From: a virus
Lineage: Duplodnaviria > Caudoviricetes
Reading direction: 5' to 3' (one strand)
Length of the DNA: 64,000 nt
Virus record (IMG/VR): IMGVR_UViG_2767802007_000002
Location: 4,488-68,487 of that record
This document shows positions 36,527 to 45,200 of the stretch, piece by piece. A program made the translations under genes and the position numbers. Below the pieces are notes generated by a model, which searched no databases, had not been told where the DNA came from, and saw nothing but the letters and a program-made list of their open reading frames with translations. Numbering within the stretch: position 1 is the stretch's first letter; the number at the start of each line of letters is the position of its first letter.

Positions 36527-36759
36527 ACGAGAGCGTCGACCCCTATGAGCTGCGCGCCCGACTGCACCGCATTGCGGCCGGTCAACTGCGCGCGGCCGCC
36601 GCCGTGCTGGCCACGAAGTCGATGAGGCAGTTCACCGACGCCTTCAACGCGGGCGTGACGCGAGACGTGGCCCAGCATCCCGACTTGGCCGAGCTGAACG
36701 CGCAGATGGACGGCTTCTACGGCGCGGGCCCGGTGCGCCCGGACGAGGAGCCCACGTGA
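36523..36759 (+). CDS. Hypothetical protein (78 aa)
   Basis: ATGA overlap with the RHH gene. Confidence 0.55.
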   Translation: MNESVDPYELRARLHRIAAGQLRAAAAVLATKSMRQFTDAFNAGVTRDVAQHPDLAELNAQMDGFYGAGPVRPDEEPT

Positions 36760-36947
36760 ACCTGAAGGCATTCCTGCGCACGATGCTCCGTCGGCCCCGC
36801 GGCGGTGCCGTCACGCACCGGCCAGACGATAGCCCCCTGATCGCCCTCAGTCCCGGCCGCCCGATCACGGACCCTGATGAAGCCGAAGCACTGGGGCTGA
36901 CCGCCAACGCCAGAACGATGCGCGCAAACGAGGAGCCAACGCAATGA
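36756..36947 (+). CDS. Hypothetical protein (63 aa)
   Basis: ORF track; overlaps on both sides. Confidence 0.5.
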   Translation: MNLKAFLRTMLRRPRGGAVTHRPDDSPLIALSPGRPITDPDEAEALGLTANARTMRANEEPTQ

Positions 36948-37162
36948 TCGTTCCTCTGCTGCTCAGTCTCACCGTCCTCTACGGCGCAGCGTGCGGCCTG
37001 TACGGCACCACACCGCACGCGCCGCTGATCCTCCGCTGGCCGCTGCCGATCTGGAACCGGATCGCGCACGACTGGCGGCGCCCCCGTCCGCGGCCCGACT
37101 ACGCGCGGATCGCCCGACTCGAACGCGAACTCGGCATCGGGGACGACATTCCCACCGCATGA
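36944..37162 (+). CDS. Small membrane protein
   Basis: N-terminal TM; RPRPDYARIARLERELGI. Confidence 0.6.
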   Translation: MIVPLLLSLTVLYGAACGLYGTTPHAPLILRWPLPIWNRIAHDWRRPRPRPDYARIARLERELGIGDDIPTA

Positions 37163-37207
37163 CGACGGCCCCGCCCGGACACCCGGTGCGGGGCCGCTGC
37201 AGTGGTG

Positions 37208-37687
37208 TTACTCCCCGTCCAACTGTGCAGCGAGCGCGTTGAACGCGGTCACGTACTGGTTCGCTGCCCGGAGCGTGCTCGACTCCGGCGTCACCTTGTA
37301 CGTCTGTGCCGCACCGTTCCCGAACACCACATTGATCACCGCGGCGCCCTTGTTCTTCCGACCCGTCATCGCAGCCGAGGCTCCCAACGTCGCCGCGCCG
37401 GCAATCAGCCGCGTGGCCGTCCATGCCTTGTGCGCGCCTGCGTCGATGAACTCAGCCTGCCCTCCGCGGATCGGGCCCAGGCTGGTCTGCCCCATCTTGG
37501 AGGCCGGCCAAGGACGCATGAGGGCTGCCTGGTTCATGGTCACCTCGGCGGGGTGGTCTTCTCGCCAGATCTTCAGTTCGAGGCGTTCCTCCGCGCGCTG
37601 GTCGGCTGCTGCCTGTCGCTGCTTGCGGCGTTCCTCGCGGGCGGCGGCGCGCTCGGCTGCCTTCTCTGGGTCTCGGTTGAACAGCAT
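37208..37687 (-). CDS. Hypothetical protein, coiled coil plus hydrophobic hairpin
   Basis: 159 aa; WTATRLIAGAATLGASAAMTGRKNK. Confidence 0.65.
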   Translation of the reverse strand: MLFNRDPEKAAERAAAREERRKQRQAAADQRAEERLELKIWREDHPAEVTMNQAALMRPWPASKMGQTSLGPIRGGQAEFIDAGAHKAWTATRLIAGAATLGASAAMTGRKNKGAAVINVVFGNGAAQTYKVTPESSTLRAANQYVTAFNALAAQLDGE

Positions 37688-37786
37688 GGTGCCCCCCTTG
37701 CGTTGTTGATCGGAGCATCATCTGGGTTTCGGGAGGCGCGTGATGGCGTCGTCACAGGACTGTGACCCTGCGGCGGCGCAGCAGTA

Positions 37787-37818
37787 GACCCCGCCACGAC
37801 GGGGGGCGTGGCGGGGTC
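37787..37818 (-). terminator. Stem-loop ending the tra operon
   Basis: GACCCCGCCACG / CGTGGCGGGGTC 12-bp stem just past stop 37836. Confidence 0.65.
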
Positions 37819-37835
37819 AGGGTTCAGTGTGGCAG

Positions 37836-38288
37836 TCAGCCGTGGTGCGTGATGTCAGTACGGCCGAACCACTTCTGCGTCACGTGCGTCTCGTGGCGGA
37901 CGTTCACCACGCTCCGCCCGCGCACACTGCCGGCAGCGAGGAGCAGCGCGGCCAGCATTGCCAGCCCGCTCGTCCCCATAAGGGCCACCCCGGCGGCCAG
38001 CTCGTGCAGCCCGAAGCCGACCCCCGCGCCCGCTGCGCCGACACCGACGCCGCCAGCGAGCATGCGCTGTGCGAGCGGATCGAAAAGCGGCTGCGGGGTC
38101 AAGTCCCGCGGTGCCGGCATGGGCATCGGCTGAACGTACTCCCTCAGCACCGGCACCATCACGTTCGGGTCGGCCCCGGACGGCACCCAGGCAACCGCGG
38201 GCCGTTCGGCGCGCAGCTCGACGCCAGCGGGGTGGACGGGACGCTGCTCGACGGCTGGGGCGTAGCGCTGGTAGGGCTCGGACAGCAT
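37836..38288 (-). CDS. Spread (Spd)-type membrane protein downstream of traB
   Basis: ATG overlaps traB stop; Gly/Ala TM segments GGVGVGAAGAGVGFG...; VRHETHVTQKWFG tail. Confidence 0.6.
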   Translation of the reverse strand: MLSEPYQRYAPAVEQRPVHPAGVELRAERPAVAWVPSGADPNVMVPVLREYVQPMPMPAPRDLTPQPLFDPLAQRMLAGGVGVGAAGAGVGFGLHELAAGVALMGTSGLAMLAALLLAAGSVRGRSVVNVRHETHVTQKWFGRTDITHHG

Positions 38289-40384
38289 CACGACTCCTGA
38301 GAGCGGTCGGGGCGGACGGCGTAACGGCCGAAGCGGGGCTTGTGGACGCGCGAGTCCGCGGCGAGCCACCGGCCGATCGTGGCCGCGTGCGGGACTTCCT
38401 GGGCGGGATGCTGGCGGGCGAAGCAGTCACGGATCGCCTCAGGACCGATGCCGTCTGGGCCAGCCTTCTCGACGATGCGGTAGACCATCTCGCGGCGCGG
38501 GTCACCGTCTTCCCCGCCCGGCGCGGGCTGCTGGGGATCGACAGTGGGCGGCTTCCAAGTCAGGCCGCCGCCGCTGAGGATCTCCTGGAACCGAGCGTCA
38601 AGGTCGCCGTCGCGGCTGCTGGTCTCGCTCATCGCCTCGTGCAGGCGGCGGCGGGCGGCCTCGGCCTGGTCGATCGTGGCCTGCGCGTCGCCGCCGGCCG
38701 GGGTGATGCCCCAGTCCGCGGTGATGCCTCGGCCGCGCGGCGTGGGAGGCTCCGGGGTGGACTCGACGACCGGCGTGGGCTCGGGGGCGGGCCCGCCGAA
38801 GAGGTGGTCGGTTCCGATCCATCGCTTCTCGTACGCTTCGCCGGCCGCGCGGCGGGACAGCTCGTCGAGCTCGGGGTGTCGCTCGGCGGTCGCGCGGACG
38901 ATGTCGAGGATCTGCGACGGGCGCATCCGGTACACCTTCATCGGGTGGACCTGGCCGTCGCCGTCCCGGACGAGTGCGCACCCCGGGTAGGGGGCGTCTT
39001 CCGCGCTGGCGTTGTGGTTGTAGCCGAAGAAGTAGTTCAGCTCGGAGTCGTCGGCGACCTTCATCCCGGCCTTGAACGTGGACTGCTTCAGGATCTGCGG
39101 GTCGGACAGGACGTCCTGGGTGGCGCGTAGACCGCTGGTGGTCTCGTTGACCGCGGCGGCGCGGGCGATCTCCAGGGTCTGGATCAAGTTGTCGGCGATC
39201 GCGCGCAGCGTGTCGTTGCGCCGGGACCGGGTGGAGAAGATCTCCGCGCCCTCGTCGTTGAAGACACGGATCTCCGGGACCTCGGCGTCCACCGGGAGTT
39301 TGTCGTCGTTGGCGGCGATCTCCCGATCCTGATAGCCGACCTTCCTCGCCTTCGCGACCCGCACTAGCGCGGTCGCCATGCCGAGCGCCTGCTCCGGGGT
39401 ATCGGCCACCCAGTCGATCGGCGGCCGGCCCGGCTTGCCCGCGGCGGCCCACGCGCGCATCCACTTCAGGGCGAGGCCCCCGCCGTTGAGGTCGATGACC
39501 CAGGTGATCGAGTCGACCATCCTGCACTGGTTGGCGATCATCACGTTGAGCAGGTTCGTCTTACCCGACCCGCGCTGCCCGACGACCAGCATGGACGCCT
39601 GCCGGTTGACCGGCCCCTCCGGCATGCCGTCGCGGAGGATGCCTAGCGGGGCGGGCGCGTTGACGGTGAGCGGCGAGTAGTCCTCCGGGTAGTACACGTC
39701 CTCGACGAGCCTGTTGACGGTCGAGACGTGGATGAGGACTGCGCCGCGGTGCGCGCCGGGCCCGACGTCGACGCCGCACCCTTCGGGGAGGCGGGCGTCC
39801 GCGGCGAGCTGCTCCTTGTAGACGGCGACGTCCTTCCAGCGGGTGCCGCCGGCGCCGCACTCGCCGTCGAGGCTGAACCCGCCGCCGCCGTCCCACACCT
39901 CGACGCCGACGATCTGCACGACCGCCCCGGCGCAGACGCGGACGATGCGGTCTTCCCACTCGTCCGCGATGGCTTTGCGCTTGCCGTCCAGGGTGGCGCG
40001 CCGGGCGGCGGCTTCCTTCTCCGCGCGTTGTTCCTCGGCTTTCTCCTCGACGTGGTGTGCACCGGCCATCGCTGCGCCGAGGCCGAGGATGCCGGCGAGG
40101 AGGCTGCCCATGCCCCACTGCGACCACGGCCCGGAGACGATGGCCCACGAGCACCAGCCGCCGGCACCCAGCCAGCCCGCGGCGCGCAGCGCGAGCGTGG
40201 CCGTGGTGACGTTGTGGCGGCGGCCGGCGATGTGGCTGCCGGCCAGGCCGGCGCCCGCGGTGAGGGCGGCCCATTCCCACGGCATGCCGAGGGTGTGGCC
40301 GGCGTAGCCGACGGCGAGCGCGGCGGCACCGGTGTTGATGGGACCGGTGATGGCGCCGTGCTTGGCGTCCCAGTCGAGGTTCAC
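38288..40384 (-). CDS. traB: TraB conjugative DNA translocase (FtsK/SpoIIIE family, Streptomyces plasmid type)
   Basis: N-terminal TM helices, Walker A GQRGSGKT, WVIDLNGG, Walker B VFNDEGAE, C-terminal winged-helix-like domain (REMVYRIV...TIGRWL). Confidence 0.85.
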   Translation of the reverse strand: MNLDWDAKHGAITGPINTGAAALAVGYAGHTLGMPWEWAALTAGAGLAGSHIAGRRHNVTTATLALRAAGWLGAGGWCSWAIVSGPWSQWGMGSLLAGILGLGAAMAGAHHVEEKAEEQRAEKEAAARRATLDGKRKAIADEWEDRIVRVCAGAVVQIVGVEVWDGGGGFSLDGECGAGGTRWKDVAVYKEQLAADARLPEGCGVDVGPGAHRGAVLIHVSTVNRLVEDVYYPEDYSPLTVNAPAPLGILRDGMPEGPVNRQASMLVVGQRGSGKTNLLNVMIANQCRMVDSITWVIDLNGGGLALKWMRAWAAAGKPGRPPIDWVADTPEQALGMATALVRVAKARKVGYQDREIAANDDKLPVDAEVPEIRVFNDEGAEIFSTRSRRNDTLRAIADNLIQTLEIARAAAVNETTSGLRATQDVLSDPQILKQSTFKAGMKVADDSELNYFFGYNHNASAEDAPYPGCALVRDGDGQVHPMKVYRMRPSQILDIVRATAERHPELDELSRRAAGEAYEKRWIGTDHLFGGPAPEPTPVVESTPEPPTPRGRGITADWGITPAGGDAQATIDQAEAARRRLHEAMSETSSRDGDLDARFQEILSGGGLTWKPPTVDPQQPAPGGEDGDPRREMVYRIVEKAGPDGIGPEAIRDCFARQHPAQEVPHAATIGRWLAADSRVHKPRFGRYAVRPDRSQES

Positions 40385-40404
40385 AGCGTGCTCCAGTCGG
40401 CGAG

Positions 40405-41877
40405 TCAGAGGTTGGCGGAGACGTCCCACATGCGCTCGCCGGTGCGGGGGTTCTCCAGGCGGGCAATGTCGACGTCGTGGAGCTGGCGGAAGGCGGGCGT
40501 GAGTTCGGTGGCGAGTTCGGCCGCCTTGAGTTGCAGACCGTGGATCTGCCGCATGATCTCCACGATGTTCGGGTGGAGCGGCCAGCTCGCGTCCGCGTTC
40601 TCGACGGTCGTGGCCAGCGCCTCGGCGTGGATACGCAGGGCCTCCTCCAGGCCGGCGAAGTCCTGGCCGACCTGCAGCATCCCTTGCGGCTGGTAGGCGG
40701 CGGCGGCGCGGGCCATCTCGGTGGCGGCGGCGACGAAGTGGTGCCCTCCGGACATGGCGGTTCCTCCTGTGAACGTGACGGGGGTGGTAGGGCGCCGCAC
40801 AGTGGCGGCGATGGACGGCTCGGGTGCGGTGTCCTGCTCGGCGCGGTTCTTACGGCGTCGCTTCCACACCGCCTTGAGTCGGTCGAGTGCGGCGGCGCGC
40901 CCGCGGCCCAGGAGGGTCCAGGCGCTGGCACCGAGCGCGCAGATGCCGTCCCACAGTGCGCCGCTGGCGCGGCGGGCCTGCTTCGCGGCGGCCTTGCTTG
41001 CGCGGGTGACGAGGGGGCGGCCGGCGCGGTAGGCGGCGCGGGCCGCCCGGTTGGCGGCGGCCTTCAGTGCGTGGCCGGTGCTGGAGGTGCGGGTCTTGGG
41101 TGTGGTGGTCTTGCCGGTGTTCTTCCCGGCGAGGTCTTTCGCGGCCTGCTTCAGCGCCTTCTTCGCGGTCTTCTGAGCCGCCTTCTGCGCGGCGGCTTCC
41201 GCCTTCTTCTGCTGCCGCTTCGTCGCGCCCGGGGTGTGGCTGCCGGAGCGGTGGCGGCCAGGTCCGCTGTGGTGGCTCGGACCGCTCTTGCGGAAGAGTC
41301 CGCCACCGGCGCGCTGACTCCCGCCACCCGCCACGCCACGGGAGCCGCCGCGCGAGCCGAGCCCGGACGAGCCGCCACCGCTACGCGACAGCGGACCGCT
41401 CGCACCGCTACCGGAGCGCGTAGCGCCACCGCTACGACCGCCACGCCAGCCGCTACCCGACCCGCTACCGCCGCGTCCGCCGCCCGTCCCGGACCCGCTA
41501 CGCAGGCCGCTACCAGCGCCGCTACGCAGGCTGGAGGCAGTAGCGCGCCCGGCTTTCACCGTGGCGCGGCGGCGGAGCGTCGCGGCCGTAGCGCCCGCCA
41601 CGATCACCGCTCCGGTAGCGGCCGCGGCGACCGGCCCGCCGACGTTGTACGCGGCGGTCGCGGCCAGGCTGGTGGCGTTGCCGGCGCCGGCGAGGACGGG
41701 GGCCATGGGCAGGCCGCGGGTGCGGCGCCGGCGGGTCTGCTGCTCGGGGAGCTCGGGGACGGGCCATTCGGAGGGCCAGGCCAGGACGGGGGACGGCCGG
41801 GCGGTGCCCTGTGTGGGGGGATCGGGTGGGGTGTCGCTGGTGGGCGTGGTCTCGGGGGCGGTCTTGGTGCGGGCCAC
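40405..41877 (-). CDS. TraA-like plasmid transfer protein (TM, Gly/Ser/Arg linker, conserved C-terminal domain)
   Basis: C-terminus GMLQVGQDFAGLEEALR...IMRQIHGLQLKAAELA...ERMWDV recalled from Streptomyces tra loci; directly upstream of traB. Confidence 0.55.
   Translation of the reverse strand: MARTKTAPETTPTSDTPPDPPTQGTARPSPVLAWPSEWPVPELPEQQTRRRRTRGLPMAPVLAGAGNATSLAATAAYNVGGPVAAAATGAVIVAGATAATLRRRATVKAGRATASSLRSGAGSGLRSGSGTGGGRGGSGSGSGWRGGRSGGATRSGSGASGPLSRSGGGSSGLGSRGGSRGVAGGGSQRAGGGLFRKSGPSHHSGPGRHRSGSHTPGATKRQQKKAEAAAQKAAQKTAKKALKQAAKDLAGKNTGKTTTPKTRTSSTGHALKAAANRAARAAYRAGRPLVTRASKAAAKQARRASGALWDGICALGASAWTLLGRGRAAALDRLKAVWKRRRKNRAEQDTAPEPSIAATVRRPTTPVTFTGGTAMSGGHHFVAAATEMARAAAAYQPQGMLQVGQDFAGLEEALRIHAEALATTVENADASWPLHPNIVEIMRQIHGLQLKAAELATELTPAFRQLHDVDIARLENPRTGERMWDVSANL
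41378..41525. repeat. Eight direct copies of CCGCTAC (candidate clt / TraB recognition repeats)
   Basis: Starts at 41378, 41405, 41429, 41450, 41462, 41495, 41507, 41519. Confidence 0.55.
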
Positions 41878-41949
41878 GACGGTGCTCCGTTCACTGCGAC
41901 TGTGACTCTGACTGCAGTCGGACTCTGATCGGGTGGGGGTTTCCGCTGC

Positions 41950-42087
41950 TCAGGGGGCGGACGGGGGGCGGGTTTGACTGCGGCTGCGGTCACGGTCACG
42001 GTCACGGCGCGCCTTGTCGTCGGCGTGAGCCATCACAAGGAAGACGATCGTGATCAAGGTCAAGGCGATGGCGGCGGCGAGAAGCAT
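41950..42087 (-). CDS. Small single-TM protein (45 aa)
   Basis: Read by hand; AAGGA RBS; MLLAAAIALTLITIVFLVMAHADDKARRDRDRDR... Confidence 0.5.
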   Translation of the reverse strand: MLLAAAIALTLITIVFLVMAHADDKARRDRDRDRSRSQTRPPSAP

Positions 42088-42102
42088 GAGGTTCCTTCGG
42101 GG

Positions 42103-43098
42103 TCAGGCGGCGCGGGGGCCGGGCAGGGCGGGGTTCTCGGCTTCGACCTGGCGGCGGATCTTCCCGGCCTGCGCCCGGCTGTTCGCCAGCCCGGCCTCGC
42201 CTAGGGCGTCGACGATCGCGCCCTCGGTGGGCCGGTGGCCGAGGTTCAGCCACAGGCCGCGGACGACGTACTGCGGGGTGCCAGGCTCGTAAGCCGGCAC
42301 CGTCTGATCGGTAGTGGCATCGGGCATGGTGGCGGGCTCGGCGGGTGGCGTAGCGGTCTTCTCTGGCGTGGTGGCACGCGACGGCTTCGGGGTGGCGGTG
42401 GCGGGCGTGGCCGGTCGTGGCGTGGCGGCGGGCGTAGTGGGCGCCGCTACAGGCGGTAGAGCGGGGGCGCTACTGAACATGGCGGCGAGCGCCGTGTTGG
42501 CGCCGTCAACGATGCGGGTGTTCTGCACGTCGGTGAGCGCGCTACCGAGGGTGGCGTCGCTATCGCCGAGGCGCCCCATGAGCCGCCACGCCGCGAGCGC
42601 CGACGCTTTTCGCACCCACTTCCAGGGGTGGCGTTCGGCGCGTGCCCGGTGGTAGGCGATCCTGCGCAGCACGGCGGCATTGCGCCGCTGCGCCTCGATG
42701 TCGACGCCGGTGCGGTGCACGACGATCCGGCGGGCGAGGAAGCTGATGCCCTCCGCCGAGGCGGTCATCGCGAGCGGGGTGAGGGCGAACACGATGGCCT
42801 CGGTTGGGGTCGGGGCGATCGCCAGGCCCATGACGGACGCGGCGGCCGGCAGGAGCCACAGTGCAGCGCGGATCGCGAGGGGCGCGGCCTGACCGAGCAT
42901 GGTGACGCCGATCATGACGAGAGCGGCGACGAGGGTTGCGCCTTCGCCAGCGGCGACGACGCCGAGGGCGGTCTCCTTGCGGTGGAGGACGGAGCCGGCG
43001 TTGGCGTAGGTGCCGATGGCGCCGCCGATACCGACGGCGATCATCGGGATGGTGGCGATGGCGAGGACGGTGATCTGTCCCTTGGTCAGCTTCTTCAC
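42103..43098 (-). CDS. spdB: SpdB-like plasmid spread membrane protein
   Basis: KLTKGQITVLAIATIPMIAVG, ALGVVAAGEGATLV, SAEGISFLARRIVVHRTGVDIEAQRRNAA, AYHRARA; four TM segments plus Pro/Thr linker. Confidence 0.7.
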   Translation of the reverse strand: MKKLTKGQITVLAIATIPMIAVGIGGAIGTYANAGSVLHRKETALGVVAAGEGATLVAALVMIGVTMLGQAAPLAIRAALWLLPAAASVMGLAIAPTPTEAIVFALTPLAMTASAEGISFLARRIVVHRTGVDIEAQRRNAAVLRRIAYHRARAERHPWKWVRKASALAAWRLMGRLGDSDATLGSALTDVQNTRIVDGANTALAAMFSSAPALPPVAAPTTPAATPRPATPATATPKPSRATTPEKTATPPAEPATMPDATTDQTVPAYEPGTPQYVVRGLWLNLGHRPTEGAIVDALGEAGLANSRAQAGKIRRQVEAENPALPGPRAA

Positions 43099-43120
43099 GG
43101 TGACGGCTCCGTGGAACGGG

Positions 43121-43330
43121 TCAGCGGTAGCGCCAGGCGAGGGCGGCCAGACCGGCGGCAATCAGGGTGGGGGCGGTGAGTTGTGCGTAGAGGCCCGCGA
43201 TGGTGCAGAGGGTGAAGCCGTAGCGGGCGACGGGCGAGCACAGGGTGTTGACGAGGGGTGAGTGGGCGCGGATGCGGTGGCGGCGGCGTCTGCATTGGGG
43301 GCAGGGCGCGCGGCGCGCGGTACGGGTCAT
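43121..43330 (-). CDS. Small membrane protein with CPQC motif
   Basis: ORF track 69 aa; GGAGGAAG RBS. Confidence 0.55.
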   Translation of the reverse strand: MTRTARRAPCPQCRRRRHRIRAHSPLVNTLCSPVARYGFTLCTIAGLYAQLTAPTLIAAGLAALAWRYR

Positions 43331-43482
43331 GGCGGGCTTCCTCGCGGGAGTGGGTGCCGGGCTGGCGGGACGAGGGGTTGGGTACCGCCAGCCCGGCGGT
43401 CGGTGGGGTGGGGGTCAGCCTTGCGGGTGGGGGCGGGGCGGGCGGATGGGGAGCGGTTCTTTGGCTCGCTCGTGCTCGGCGC

Positions 43483-43605
43483 TCATCGGCCGGCAGGGCG
43501 GGGCGTGAGCTTCCGCTCCAGGCGGGCCAGGGCCTGCTGCGCGGCGGGCGGCAGCGGCTCGGTGCGCGGGGTGGGCGGTTGGGGTTGGGGCTGGGTACGC
43601 TGCAT
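43483..43605 (-). CDS. Small leader protein (40 aa) of the tra/spd operon
   Basis: AGGAG RBS; MQRTQPQPQPP...QQALARLERKL. Confidence 0.45.
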   Translation of the reverse strand: MQRTQPQPQPPTPRTEPLPPAAQQALARLERKLTPRPAGR

Positions 43606-43714
43606 GCGGTCACTCCTGGTCACGTCAGGCGGTGGCTGGCCCGGACGGGAGTTGCACCTCCCGTCCGGGCATTTCTTGTTGAGCGAGCAGTGGTGGCTGC
43701 TGCCCAGTACCGAC

Positions 43715-43734
43715 TGTACGGGATACCCCGTACA
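43715..43734. promoter_or_regulatory. Inverted-repeat operator TGTACGGG-N4-CCCGTACA between the tra operon and a divergent HTH gene
   Basis: Seen directly. Confidence 0.6.
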
Positions 43735-43769
43735 CTGGCAATGCGGCCTGCCCACGGAAGGGACAGGGC

Positions 43770-44057
43770 ATGGAAGAGGAGGTGCAGCGCGTGCTGGACG
43801 CTCTCGCAGGTCTCTCAGAGATCGACGATCCGAAGACGCGCGCGCTCGCTGTGGCGAGGGTGCTGAAGGAGTGGCCCGAGCACAGTAAGGCGCTACGGGA
43901 GGTACGGCGGCAGGCCGTGCTGGAGCTGCTGGCGCCCGACGATGCCTCCGTCCGGAAGGTCGCGAAGGAGCTAGGCGTGTCGCCGACGACGGTCCAGGAC
44001 ATCGCGGCGGGCTACTCGCGGTCCGGGAAGGATCGCGCGAAGAAGACCGAGGAGTAG
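43770..44057 (+). CDS. HTH DNA-binding protein, putative tra-operon repressor
   Basis: C-terminal SVRKVAKELGVSPTTVQDIAAG; divergent from spd/tra. Confidence 0.75.
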   Translation: MEEEVQRVLDALAGLSEIDDPKTRALAVARVLKEWPEHSKALREVRRQAVLELLAPDDASVRKVAKELGVSPTTVQDIAAGYSRSGKDRAKKTEE

Positions 44058-44059
44058 GC

Positions 44060-44275
44060 GTGGCGAGGAACGAGTACCACTATGTGATCACCCTCCAATT
44101 CCAGAAGGAGGGCGTGCCTGGCGTCAATGCGAACACCGTCACGGGCACGGTCGCGGCCCGGCGCGGCGAGGACCGTCAGGCCCTGTATCAGCGCCTCCTG
44201 AAGCACGCCATGGCCGCTCTGGAAGCGGACAACGCGGTGACCTTGTTCTTCGACCTCGCACCCAACGGCCTGTAG
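44060..44275 (+). CDS. Hypothetical protein (71 aa)
   Basis: ORF track; GAGGAG RBS; followed by hairpin 44294-44324. Confidence 0.6.
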   Translation: MARNEYHYVITLQFQKEGVPGVNANTVTGTVAARRGEDRQALYQRLLKHAMAALEADNAVTLFFDLAPNGL

Positions 44276-44483
44276 CCGCGCCGGACAGACGAGAGCCCCT
44301 GCCGTTCCCAGGCCGGCAGGGGCTTCGTCATGCTCAGGCGGGTTCCATGCGCCGGTAGCAGCGCTGCCGGTGCGCGAGCAGCGTGTCCGCCCGGCAGCAC
44401 TCCCAGGATCACACCGGTGTCAAGCCGCCCCGGTCGGCCGTACCCGGCGCGCCGCTGCCAGCGTGGTGCGGGAGGCTGGCCGT

Positions 44484-44690
44484 ATGCCTGTGGTGATCGT
44501 GTACCCGCCCGATGAGCAGGGCGGCCGGCGCGTCCGGATCGACGGCGAGATCGCGGGCAGAGCGTTCGACCTCGGCGACGTGGTCGAGTTCCTACGCCGG
44601 GCCGGCCTGGAAGGCGTGGACGATACGGACGTGGTGCGCGCGGACTGGATCGAATGGCGGGATGGTGGGCCACTCGTGTGGGAGCACTGA
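44484..44690 (+). CDS. Conserved Streptomyces hypothetical protein
   Basis: GGGAGG RBS; GGRRVRIDGE...VEFLRRAGL...IEWRDGGP. Confidence 0.7.
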   Translation: MPVVIVYPPDEQGGRRVRIDGEIAGRAFDLGDVVEFLRRAGLEGVDDTDVVRADWIEWRDGGPLVWEH

Positions 44691-44699
44691 CCGGCAGGC

Positions 44700-44957
44700 T
44701 CAGCCGTGGTACCAGGGGCAGGCCTCGCAGCGGCTGTTCGTGCAGACGACCTTTTCGTCGTCCGGGTGGGCCGGGTTGGCGCCGCGGCGGAGGCCGTAGC
44801 AGCCGCACTCGGGGCACGGCCCTTTCGGACCGGGCTTGGTCGCTGAGAGCCATTCGTTGAACGGCTGGGGCATGGGCCACCGCTCGCGGTCGGGGTGGTG
44901 GTCGGCTTTCCACTGTTCGAAGTTGGTGACGGCGGGCTGTTCGCTGTTTTCGGTCAT
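44700..44957 (-). CDS. Small Zn-finger-like protein
   Basis: CPECGC...CTNSRC..C; ATG 44957. Confidence 0.55.
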   Translation of the reverse strand: MTENSEQPAVTNFEQWKADHHPDRERWPMPQPFNEWLSATKPGPKGPCPECGCYGLRRGANPAHPDDEKVVCTNSRCEACPWYHG

Positions 44958-45200
44958 GGCTGGTTTCCCTCCCCTTGGGTGAGGGATCATGCTGCGCCCG
45001 TGTGCCGTGTAGTTCAAGGGTGCATACAGCTACCGTTCCGGCCACGGCGGGCGTAGCTTCATGGTCCCGCGAAGGGGCGCACCTTGGGGGTGCACCACCA
45101 TGGCCCGCTGGCTGGATCCCGGCCGGCGGGCCGCTGTTGTGGCGGGCGTCTCCGCTCGCGTGCACTCGGAGTGCACACGGCGTCGCGGGGCTCCGCGAGT

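Noticed and set aside
41378-41525. CRISPR array or DGR-type repeat
   Set aside because: 7-bp units with irregular short spacing; no cas or reverse transcriptase genes.
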